NCBI RefSeq assembly: GCF_006345805.1
Contig: NC_042998.1
Coordinates: 151,590,001-151,654,000, forward strand
Reading direction: 5' to 3'
DNA from: Octopus sinensis
Taxonomy: Eukaryota
DNA length: 64,000 nt
Below, in pieces: positions 39,990 to 51,899 of the stretch (position 1 is the stretch's first letter; each line of letters begins with the position of its first letter). The notes beneath the pieces are model-generated. The model ran no database searches. It had not been told where the DNA came from and saw only the letters and a list, made by a program, of their open reading frames with translations. A program made the translations under genes and the position numbers.

Positions 39990-42090
39990 CCATTTCGTCT
40001 ACGTTAAGGTCTACCAGCGCGACCTTTCTAAACAGCTTACAAAGGCATCATATGCTCTACCCTTAAAAGCAGAAGCTAAAAACTACAGGCCTATCTTTCC
40101 GGTTTTACATATCGATATAATCATGGAACGAATCGTCAGAAAGAAACTGATAACGTTCCTAAAAGAAAATGGTTTGCTAAACAATACTCAGCATGGTTTC
40201 TGTAGGGAAGAAGTTGCTCTTACGGCACTATGACTGGGTTTTGACACAGCTGGTCGGCCATTTGAATGTTGATGTGGTGTCTCTTGACTTCGCAAAGACC
40301 TTTTACAAGGTGGACCATGGCATGATATGACAAAAGCTGCGAGACCTTGGCATATCTGGTAAACTGGGAGTGTTCCTATGTGTCACCTTAAAAGATGGTA
40401 GCCAGGCAGTTGCAGCCAATAATGCCCTCTCTAGAGAAACACAAATTTTAAGTAGATTTCTCCAGGGAACTGTCTTGGGGTCCATTGTGGTTATAGCGGT
40501 GATTCGAAGCCAAATCGCTAGGTAGCTGGCCAGACATCACCACCGAACAGCAATATTTTCACGTGATCGGTCTATTAAGCAACCAGCCAGCGTCAAGCTA
40601 TGGCGTGATTTAACCTTCTAGAATCCTCTTCTTGTACCCTATAAAATCCGTTTTGGCGCTAAACTCTTTGCAAAATGTTGAGGCAGCTGAGCGAAATGTG
40701 TCTCCATTCTTTCCAGGCAGACAGTAATGCCCGAGGTCAAAGGACCAAGAACCACCGTCGCCACGAAGATAATGCAGTTAATTTCAGATATGTTGGGCTA
40801 ACCGCTTAGACTACTGTCACACCATTAGCGTTTTGTAATTCTAGAGCAGTATCTCTTTCCCAGTCAATAATTATCGCTGTTGTTAACTGTAAATACCCAA
40901 CGCAAATTGTCTTTGTATGTGACAATAAATACTTTTCTTAAATGCTTGCAGGTGTAGTTCAATTATTTATTTACGCGGTTAAGAAACATATTTTCATTCA
41001 ATAATTCAAGCACCAACAAACAACCTGCTACATTAACGAAACAGGCAACAATAAGCGTGACACTGTTTATAGCAGCTCTCTTAGACATGCCCATGATCAC
41101 TCAGACAACCATTGTCAAAATAATCACAAGCAATAAACAACCCTGACGATGACGCAAGTTTGTTGCAGGGTCTAAAAGCAATATACAAGTGAGCTGAACA
41201 AAACAACATACAGTTTAATGCTGGAAAATTTGAAGCAGTATGCTATCAGCTTATAAATGTGCTACAATCTGTACACACAGGAATCGAAGGTACTGCAATT
41301 CCAGAGCCATAGACAGTGAGAGACTTGGAGATCAGTATGTGTAATGATGCATCATTTCATATGCACATTAGCAAGATAGCAACAAAGAGCAGACAATTAA
41401 CATAAGGAATACAAAACTCTTTCAGGACAAGTGACCAAGAAGGAATGTTGAACCGGTGAAGACCTTTGTTCTCAGCCGCTTAAACTACTGCTTTCAGCTG
41501 TGATTACTGCATCGTGTCAAACTAACAACAGAGCTTGAAGCGATCCAACGCTACTACACTGCAACGGACGAACTACTGGGAGAGGTTGAAAAAACTACGA
41601 CTTTACTCGACATGAGCGAAAGATAAGCAATAATTTACATGGGGAAAATTCTAGAAGGGCTAGCACCTAACTTTGGCATCAAGAGTTACAGAAACACTTA
41701 ACCTGGGCGCATTTGCGTAATATCAGAGTTACCGTCCACTCAAGCTAAAGTGAGGACTAGGCACTGCAATTGCCTGTAGTTCAAAGGCGCAAAGCTCTTC
41801 AATGTTCTGCCAAAACCACTAAGAAGCCTACAAAATGTGTATGTGGGTGTCTTCAAAAAGGAACTGGACATTCTCCTATCCACAATAACAGATGAATCAG
41901 CATCCCAACATGAAGTACAGATGAAGTGAGTGGTGTCAGACTCCATCATATACCAAATGAGCCAACAACCAAGATCAAGGCACAAGCAAGAGTGGGTTAT
42001 ATGAAATCCCGCCTACCAAATGAAATAGACCACATAAGGGGCCTTTGGAAAGTGTACAAAGTCACAGCAGTATTCCCAAACATACGATAT
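39990..42090 (+). mobile_element. CR1/L2-group LINE remnant (RT and C-terminus), interrupted
   Basis: NYRPI; MERIVRKKL...QHGF; LDFAKTFYKVDH; QGTVLG; RDLG...FHMHISKI; VLSRLNYC. Confidence 0.8.
40486..41062 (+). mobile_element. ~577-bp insertion in the CR1 RT, possibly a solo LTR
   Basis: Interrupts the GTVLGP|LFIAAL reading. Can be bounded TGT...GACA and contains TATAAAA and AATAAA, but has no clean TSD. Confidence 0.3.
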
Positions 42091-42831
42091 AAACAACTCT
42101 GATATATATATATATATAAATTAAAGAAAAAAACCATTATTATGCAATTCAAACAATGATAGACATAAACCAAATCATAAATAAAAAATAAAATATATTA
42201 TAAAACATAATAACATCGCAAAAGGTATAAAAATAAATAATAGGATTAAATGTAAGGATAAACAAGCTAGGCAAAAGATAGGAATTAAAAAAGGTTTTGA
42301 ATAAAAGTTTTATGAGTCCAACAGCAGTTTCTAGGGGCTTGGTGGACCAAAATAATCATTTCGATTCTGTGTAAGTCGGACCTTTTAATATGTAAACATA
42401 TGTACTTCTTTGGTATAAATGTATTTAATATATTTTGTATATCGATTTACCTAACTTCCTTATCCTTACATTCACTCCTCTACCTGCCCGAGTTTAAACC
42501 TCTTAAGCACTACGAAGTGTGTTCTACACGGAGACTATCTGTCTCTCATCTATAAATTAAATATATATATATATATATATACATACATACATACATACAT
42601 TATATGGATGTGTGTGTGCGCGCGCGTTTGTCCCCTACCGCTTGGCAACCGGTGTTGATTTGTTTACGTCCCTGTAACTTCACGATTCGGCAAAAAGACG
42701 CCGATTGAATAAGTATCAGGCTTAGAAAAAATGAGTTCCCGAGTAGATTTGTTCGAAAAGACCCTTCACGGGAGTGGCCTTAGCAGTCGAATGACTGAAA
42801 CAAGTAAAAGATAAAAGAGAGATGTATAATG

Positions 42832-42914
<83 letters not shown>

Positions 42915-43249
42915 TTCTCTTTCTCTCTCTCTCTCTATATATATATATAATTTTTGCAATGATCTGTTAAAATATTTTGCAGTGTTGAGAAAAACTATGT
43001 TAATGTGTCCTACTTGTCAAAATTCCACTTATTTACTTGTGACAATGAAGATGGCACTGCATTTAAATTCCTGTAATGATTGCATTGTCAATTAAATGGA
43101 GCTGCTTGAAACGGTCGTACTGCATCATTACTTCATATCCTGTTGCTTATTTTGATATTATTCAACTGACTTCGAGCTGTGCAGATAATACCGAACAGAT
43201 TTGGTGCTTCGACTTGAGTACTTAAGTACCTAATTCAACTGAATAACTG

Positions 43250-43345
<96 letters not shown>

Positions 43346-43348
<3 letters not shown>

Positions 43349-43900
43349 CTTTATTAGCCACACAGGGCTGAACACAGAGAGGACAAATTACAAAGTAGAG
43401 CTTTTCTTTTTGGGGAGAAAAAAGATATATAAAAATAAAAATAAAAAGGTGGGTAGGTTTTTGGTCAATAATGTCACATGTGAACACATTTATTTGCAAG
43501 TAAGTAACTCTCTGTCTTAAATTTCCGGGTTCATAGGATTATGCTCAAGGTGGCTTCGTCATTCATACGTGCCATCCGTGCTATTCTTTCACCCATCTTT
43601 TTTGAAATATTCGCAAGACAAAACTTGCCTCTCTACTACTCTCACTTTCCTTTTCAAGTGATACTTGAAGAAGTTGATGAGAGATTGACCAGAGAGGAGA
43701 ATGTTTGTCTCTAATCCTTTCAGACACGTCCACCAGATACATTCTTTCACCGTAGTCACAAGTATGATGAAAATAGCTCTTCCTTCCCGCTTGAAGGAAG
43801 GAGGCGTGACAATATTGACGATAGACTCGGCTTATAAACCGACTCGTCCCACACGTGACAGCAGTCGTTCGACATAAGCCCACAGGTCGGAAATGGTTGG
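43346..43900 (-). mobile_element. 3' end of a Tx1/L1-type LINE (ORF2 C-terminus, 3' UTR, AATAAA)
   Basis: Minus frames: KECIWWTCLKGLETN...GQSLINFFKYHLKRKVRV...ARMARMNDEATLSIIL*, then ~190 nt to GGCTAATAAAGAAA. Confidence 0.65.
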
Positions 43901-43976
43901 ACACTGATATAGATAGATAGATAGATACAGATATAGCTATAGATATAGATATATAGATATAAATACATACACACAC

Positions 43977-44023
<47 letters not shown>

Positions 44024-44119
44024 TAATCCAAACAAGAAATCACAAAAAGACACAACAACGCGAGGACGTGGAACAAATATAGTATTATTGGACGCCCAGG
44101 AAAGAAGGGAAGAAGGAGG

Positions 44120-44154
44120 GTTTAACGTTCCGAGCGGAGTTCTTCGTCGGAAAC
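44120..44154 (-). ncRNA. Degenerate minimal hammerhead in a Neptune-type pLTR remnant
   Basis: GTTT-CCGACGA-A-GAAC-TCC-GCTC-GGAAC-GTT-AAAC: stem I pairs, core carries point changes. Confidence 0.4.
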
Positions 44155-45045
44155 ATAGGAGAAGGAAAGATCCCGAGAAGGGAAGACAGAGGAAAAATAA
44201 TCGCCAACGGTACACACACCAGGTCACATTTTGAAAGACCGGAAGTAGAAAGGGTGAAGAAGATTGTTTTCAAAGACAGAAGAGTGTTCAAAGACAGTAT
44301 GGTAATATGTCAAAGACAAGGAATGTAGGAGGGGGAATGTGTGTGGATGTGTGCGTGCGCGGAGGTCCGCGTGTGCGCGTGTGTGTTCATGTGTGCAATG
44401 ATGACACGTGTGTGTGTGTGTGTGTGCGTGTGTGTGTGTATGTGTGTATGGTTGTGGCTGCAAACAACAGGCTAGTAGCTGGCCAGTTTGTAAGAATAAG
44501 GAGTGGTGTTTTTGTGTCCCAGCCACAGGTCAGAACAAGGAAGTATGTGTGTGTGCGTGTATGTATATGTATCGTGTGTGTTTTGTTTGTAGTGTGTGTG
44601 TGTATGTGTGTGTTCGTGTGTGTATGCGTAGAGTTTGGGTGTGTGGCGAGTAACTGTGCTTAACTTAGTGTATGTGTGCGTGTGTGCTTGTACGTGCGTG
44701 TGTGTGTATATATATGTATGAATAATTGTGTGCGTGTATGTATAACTGTGTGCGCATGTTTTTGTGGGTGTGTGTCTGTGTCTATATGTGTGTACGTATG
44801 TGTATGTGTGCGTGCGCATGTAGGTATATATTGTGTGTATGTATATGCATCAGTGTGTATGTGAATTTGTGTGTGTTTGTACGTGTGCATGTGTGTGTGT
44901 GCGTGTATTGTATATATATGTAAATGTGTGTGTGTGTGTGCGTGTGTGTGTACGTGCGTGCGAGTGAATGTATGTATACATGTGCCTGTGTGTACAAATG
45001 TAGAGGTTTATATATATGTGTGTGCGTGTGTGTGTATTCGTGTTC

Positions 45046-45081
45046 CTTTCTGTTGAAGAGCTTAGGCTCGAAACGTAAAAG
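45046..45081 (+). ncRNA. Minimal hammerhead variant (CUGUUGA core, extra A) in a pLTR remnant
   Basis: CTTT-CTGTTGA-A-GAGC-TTAG-GCTC-GAAAC-GTA-AAAG. Same family as 38986-39030. Confidence 0.55.
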
Positions 45082-45168
45082 ACTTTCTCACCTTCCCAAG
45101 CGTTAAACACGCATGAGCACACATATACATACACATATATATGTATGTTTATGTGTATATATACATAC

Positions 45169-45216
<48 letters not shown>

Positions 45217-46080
45217 GACGGGCTTCTTTCAGTTTTTTCTACCAAATTCTTTCACATGGCTTTGGACATCCCGAGGCTATAGAAGACTCTTGCTCAAGGA
45301 ACCATGTGGCTGGGAAGCAATCATTTTACCACACAGCTACGACTGCGCCTATATATATACACACATATATATATATATAAATACACACACACACACACGC
45401 ACATACACACATACATACACACGCACACTCATACACATATATGTATATATACAAATATACCTACACCCACGTTGTTGAACTGCTGAACTCTACATATTTT
45501 TTTCATTCTCTCTCCTTTTATTTTCTCTTGAAAAGGCTCGAAACGTAAAGGATGTTTTCATTTTTCCTCAGCGTCAAACTAATACACTTGCTTGTTGTTC
45601 CTTCACCTGTACTGGTGTATTGTTTTTCTATAAATTTCAATGATATATACAAATATATATAGAAATACATGCACACAAGCAAGTGTGAATAGTGAAAGGA
45701 GAGCAACTACAGTGGGAGAGTGCTTGAGTGGACGACAGCAGAGAGACCTATACATTTCCGCATGTCTGCCTGTCTGTATAGTCAATCTCATATTGCTGCT
45801 TATAGTCGATAGGCACTTTAATAGACAGTGCTTGTATCTCGATATCGTATACTGCATCAGACCTCCATACAAGACAACAATGCGATAAGAGAGACAGACA
45901 GGCAGTAAGGACAAGATAAATAGAAAAATATAGGGAGAGAGACAGAGAAAGGTGGGAGAGAGAGGAAAACAGAGACAGTGAGACAGAAAGAAACAGCGAG
46001 AGAGATAGAGAGAGAGAGCGACAGACAGACATGACAGACAGAGTTACAAAATCATGAATAAAATAAAGATACGCAATGCA

Positions 46081-46121
<41 letters not shown>

Positions 46122-46128
46122 CACACAA

Positions 46129-46161
<33 letters not shown>

Positions 46162-46577
46162 ACATATGTGTGTGTGTGTGTGTGTGTATGTACGTATGTA
46201 TGATATATATATATATATATGTATATATGAGGGAAGGTGGGCGAATTTGTGTACATACATGCCTACAAACGTAGGCACGTACAACCATCCGTCTATCCAT
46301 ACATACATGTGTGCATGTGTGTGGGTGTGAGTGCAAATAGCTATTTATAAATATATGTATGTGTTTTGGTGCAAGTATGTATAGAAGTATATACATCTGT
46401 AGATATAAATAAGATAAATATATACTGAGTTACTTATAAATCGATGGATTGATAGATAGATAGATCGATATTCCTGAATGTAGTACATATACGTATATTC
46501 ACGCAAACACAAACACAAATATGCAGACATAGGGATATCTACAATGATACAACATAAAAGAAAAACATTGCAATATA

Positions 46578-46613
<36 letters not shown>

Positions 46614-46693
46614 TGTATGTATGTATGTATGTATGTATGTATGTATGTATGTATGTGTGTCTGTCTTTGTCCCCGCGCCATCACTTGACAACC

Positions 46694-46937
46694 TATTTCT
46701 TTACTACCCACAAGGGGCTAAACACAGAGCGGACAAACAAGGACAGACAGAGGTATTAAGTCGATTACATCGACCCCAGTGCGAAACTGGTACTTTATTT
46801 ATCGACCCCGAAAGAATGAAAGGCAAAGTTGACCTCGGCGGAATTTGAACTCAGAACGTAACGACAGACGAAATACCGCTAAGCATTTTGCCCGGCACGC
46901 TAACGTGTCTGCCAGCTCGCTTGACGTGTCTGCCAGC
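46694..46937 (-). mobile_element. SINE family B inserted into a family A SINE with a 13-bp TSD
   Basis: TCACTTGACAACC at 46681-46693 and 46938-46950. The host SINE continues to its GACTGAAACAAGTAAAA tail (~47090). Confidence 0.85.
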
Positions 46938-47114
46938 TCACTTGACAACCGATGTTGGTGTGTTTATATCCTCGTAACTTAGTGGTTCGGTCTAAGGTTT
47001 CGATAGAATAAGTACTAGACTTACAAAGAATTTGTCCTAAACGTGGTGCTCCAGCATGGCCTTACTCAAATGACTGAAACAAGTAAAAGTATAGAACAAT
47101 AAAAGAATATGCAT

Positions 47115-47176
<62 letters not shown>

Positions 47177-47237
47177 ATTTATGCGTGTGCATATACACAC
47201 ATACGGATATTCATATAGACCCGAAGATATATATGCA

Positions 47238-47317
<80 letters not shown>

Positions 47318-48187
47318 ATTACATATAAATATGTGAGTCTATGTGTGCGCATGTGTCTGTATATGGTATGTATGCATATGTGTATATGTGTGTATGTGCA
47401 TGCGTGTGTGTGTGTGTGTGTGTGCGTGCGTGTGTGTGTGTAGATAGATAGATAGATAGATATAGAGATATACACACAAATACATACATACTTAATGCGT
47501 ATCTTATGTATGTATGTATGTATGTATGTATGTATGTATGTATGTATGTATGTATGTATATATGTATGTTTGTACATGTGTGTATGTGTACGCACACATG
47601 CATACATTCATTCGTACATATATACACATATTTTCTAGAAGATATATGTCTGAAAGACTAGCTCTTCTCCATAGACACGACTCACACACACACGCACACA
47701 CATACATTTACACACACAGACGCATACACGGACTCTAAAGTTGTTTTACAATGATTTATTCGATAATCATGATCGATATTACGCGATGATTTGCAGAATG
47801 TGGGAGGTAGTGACGGGCGCGGTGTTGCTTACAGCTCGCGTTTTAGGAACAAAATAAATATAAATCTCGGATGTGACTACTACGTGCGAGTGTGTGTGAA
47901 TGTGTGTCATGACATGTATGTGTGTGTGTGTGTGTATGTGTGTGTGTGTGAGTGTATGCGTGTGTATGTACGCGCGCGCGTATCTTTGTTGATATATTTG
48001 TGCGTGTGTTGGTGTGTCGGTGTATGTGTGCGTGAGATTTGTATGCATTTGTTTCATTATGTCTTCATGCTTCTCTCTCTCCCTTTCTCATTCTCTCTTT
48101 CTCTCAATCTCTGGCTTTCTCTCATACATGCGTGTATGTATATGTATCTGTATATGTATCCATGTATATCTATATAACTTATGTGTG

Positions 48188-48260
<73 letters not shown>

Positions 48261-48537
48261 ATAATTCAGATTCAGTTGAATTAGGTACTTAAATTGAGGC
48301 ACCTTGTTAGGTAGATCTAATTTTCACACCCCAACAATATCACGTGAATATCAAACTCTGTCTTTCCACTTGATATTCTTGCAGTGTATGCAGATAACAC
48401 GACCCAACTTATTGAAGAGATCCGCTCTTGGTTGTTCAGACATGTACTTTATATGAACATTTAAAAATACTTTCTATAAAATTTCCGAAGTGCAGAATCC
48501 GGGGTAGGTAAATAAAATAGAAAATGAATAACAAAAC

Positions 48538-48924
48538 TGTACAAGTGTCAATTCATTACAGCCTTTTCAAGCGACTCCTCTAATTGATTAATGCAAGCAT
48601 TTCACCATTGCAAAGAAACCGTTTTCGCCAGATGACTGCATAAACTTAAAACTCAAAATACAAACCAAGTGCTTTAACATATTCGTATCAGCAACGGAGC
48701 TCAAATATTTACATTTATTCTGCTGCTATTCTGCAAAGATATAACAGCAGAATCAATGCAAAAATGTGAGCTCCGTTCATGATAGAATAAGTTAAAGCAG
48801 TTGGTTTGTCCCTTTGGTTTGAAGTCTATGCAGTCATCTGACGAAAACAGTTTCTTTGCAATGGTTTTCATTAATCAATTAAAGGGGTCGCCTGAAACGG
48901 CCGTAATGAATTGACACTTGTACA
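48538..48924. repeat. Diverged ~185-bp inverted repeat (foldback) with a 19-nt loop
   Basis: TGTACAAGTGTCAATTCATTAC... / ...GTAATGAATTGACACTTGTACA. Arms 48538-48725 and 48745-48924. Confidence 0.85.
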
Positions 48925-48947
48925 TCTTTATTACTTATTTATATATT

Positions 48948-48981
<34 letters not shown>

Positions 48982-49012
48982 ATCAAAATAAAAACATGAT
49001 GTCAAGGATTCA

Positions 49013-49090
49013 GCGGTACATATGTTTCGGGCCTTTATTAGACAGATTTATAACAATGCATAATGTATGTCTGTGGCCTTCTTCAGCCGC
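49013..49090 (-). ncRNA. Type I hammerhead (left arm of foldback)
   Basis: Reverse complement of 49314-49391. Confidence 0.75.
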
Positions 49091-49313
49091 GCACAACAGC
49101 TTCCACAAGGACATGTGTTACATCAAAAATTCTTGGTTGGGGATGCAAATCCTCTCATTCGCGTACGACATAATGCGGCAACAGCATAGAATTGAAGCGT
49201 CCATCTCTTCAATTCTATGCTGTTGCCGCATTATGTCGTACGCGAATGAGAGGATTTGCATCCCCAACCAAGAATTTTTGATGTAACACATGTCCTTGTG
49301 GAAGCTGTTGTGC

Positions 49314-49391
49314 GCGGCTGAAGAAGGCCACAGACATACATTATGCATTGTTATAAATCTGTCTAATAAAGGCCCGAAACATATGTACCGC
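49314..49391 (+). ncRNA. Type I hammerhead (right arm of foldback), cleavage after 49387
   Basis: GCGG-CTGAAGA-AGGCC[41 nt]GGCCC-GAAAC-ATAT-GTA-CCGC. Palindromic ACATATGT stem III; the stem II base needs a bulge or an A-C mismatch. Confidence 0.75.
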
Positions 49392-49493
49392 TGAATCCTT
49401 GACATCATGTTTTTATTTTGATCAATTTACTCCACCACCTACACCACCAAACGGTATACACAGGTGCTTATAATTATCAAGTACTCACCCCGA

Positions 49494-49573
<80 letters not shown>

Positions 49574-49801
49574 CCAACCACCTTAATTGGAACGCTTAAA
49601 AACTGCGAATCTTTTTCTTTGAAACCAGTGGTAGCATTGAAAATCCACATATAAAGTATATGATTATCCATCAAATGTGGTCTTGATCTCTCATTCTCAC
49701 TTTCTTCCCTACTGAAGATATAGAACATATATGTATTTAAACGTATGTATGTAGATATACACACGCACAAACACACACACGTGCGCACAACACATATGTA
49801 T

Positions 49802-50217
49802 ACTCTTTTACTCTTTTACTCTTTTACTTGTTTCAGTCATTTGACTGCGACCATGCTGGAGCACCGCCTTTAGTCGATCAAATCGACCCCGGGACTTATT
49901 TTTTGTAAGCCCAGTACTTATTCTATCGGTCTCTTTTTGCCGAACCGCTAAGTGACGGGGACGTAAACACACCAGCATCGGTTGTCAAGCAATGCTAGGG
50001 GGACAAACACAGACACACAAACACACACACACATATATATATATACATATATACGACAGGCTTCTTTCAGTTTCCGTCTACCAAATTCACTCACAAGGCA
50101 TTGGTCGGCCCGGGGCTATAGCAGAAGACACTTGCCCAAGATGCCACGCAGTGAGACTGAACCCGCAACCATGTGGTTGGTTAGCAAGCTACTTACCGCA
50201 CAGCCACTCCTGCGCCT
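49802..50217 (-). mobile_element. SINE family A, full length
   Basis: Reverse complement of the 33389 pattern. Confidence 0.9.
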
Positions 50218-51705
50218 ATACACAATTTATGTAATTCATTGAGAGTCAATATGTAGCGAAATATGAACAAATACAGCGAATCTCATACGCAGACATACAA
50301 AAGATGAACAGTATGGAAGACCACGGGCTATTTTGAAGGATTAAATCATTTGAAGTTGTGCTTTGTTTAGCGCCTACACCAGATTTACAACTTGTTTCTA
50401 AAAAAAGAAACAAAACAATATTTACAATATTTGTAGCCCTTATTTTGAGCTTTTTTACAGTTTTGGGCATTTTTTTACAATTTTTTGCATAGACTAGTTT
50501 ACAGGATGTCACGTTTTAAAATCTGTCGGTCAGTCTCTCTTCTTCACCTTTTCTCTCCCTCCGACACACATACATATTAAACAAAAATGAGCTCAGAGAA
50601 ATTTCTCGGAGTGGCTAGTGGCGAATATAAGAACAATGTATACAAATACAAGTATATCAAATAGCATACAACGTAAATTCGTGATTTATTAAAATTATCT
50701 CCACCTTCAGAAGACAGGCGATAATTACCAGGTGGTAATTGAGAACAGCTTCATTTAAGAAGTGGAGGATAACCTCAAGACTCAAGAATCTTCCCAAATT
50801 CATATGTCATTAGGAAAAAGGAGAGGCGTATTGTCTGCAGTCGTGGACACGTGCTTCTGCGTTAATAGGTGTCATCAGCACAACACTTATCTGACCTTGT
50901 CTCCAGTTACCAAAGAATTTAGACTTAAACAAAAGCAAAAACAAAAAGGAAAGAGTTGAACACCTTTATGGGTCAAATTAATCAAAAATAGGTTAAACAA
51001 AATAACTGAAGGTGGCTAATGGCATATATATAGCATATATATGAACAATATAGACAAATACAGGTATTTGTAATATCCTTCCATGTCTTTCAATGGCAAT
51101 TACACACTGACTATGTAAAAGCCTCGTGTAAAACTTCATTTTCTACATCAACAAAGGTTATTAAAATTTTTTGCCTTAACACTTTCTCTCTCTCACGAAC
51201 CGAGTATAGATCCTGAAAAACAGAAAAAAGAAATGAAACAAAAAGTACCTAGAATTCAACCCTGCTTCCAAAACAAATTGTTGCTTTCCAGATTGCGTGT
51301 GTGTGTGTGTGTGTATGTGTGTGTGTGTGTTTTATCGTAACAACTTGTCTGTAAAACCTAAGCGATGTCATTCAGACTTGGCCTAACACTGGTGTAAATG
51401 CTCAATTGATGTCGCTAATGATACATAACTACACATGCCACGTACATCCACATATTCACTCATTCTTATATACACACACACAAAAACATGCATGTATGTG
51501 TGTCTATGTATAGTACTTTTGTATGTATTTTAAAGTTTATCGCTACCGATTTTCTATAGAATTCAGAACCAACACCGAGAGCTACGACGTCTATGTAAAC
51601 AATGCGATCGAAAATATTAAAAAATAGTTAATGGTTGTATGTGTATATTTCAAGAGTTATTGCTGTTTCATCAGTACCACACCTAACCTATCATATGTAT
51701 ATATT

Positions 51706-51775
<70 letters not shown>

Positions 51776-51899
51776 CATACATTTACAAAGGCGTATCTTG
51801 GCGTTTACATACAAATATAAATATATAACTATACATATTGTCTTACAGACATCACAAAAAATTCACTTAAGACATGCTAAATATTGTGGCACAGAGATT

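Larger units (their letters stand above)
48979..49425. repeat. Perfect 219-bp inverted repeat with a 9-nt spacer, each arm containing a hammerhead
   Basis: 48979-49197 is the exact reverse complement of 49207-49425 by eye. Spacer CGTCCATCT. Confidence 0.95.

Noticed and set aside
48918-49408. Two ORFs with identical peptide on opposite strands
   Set aside because: This follows directly from the perfect inverted repeat and is not evidence of coding.
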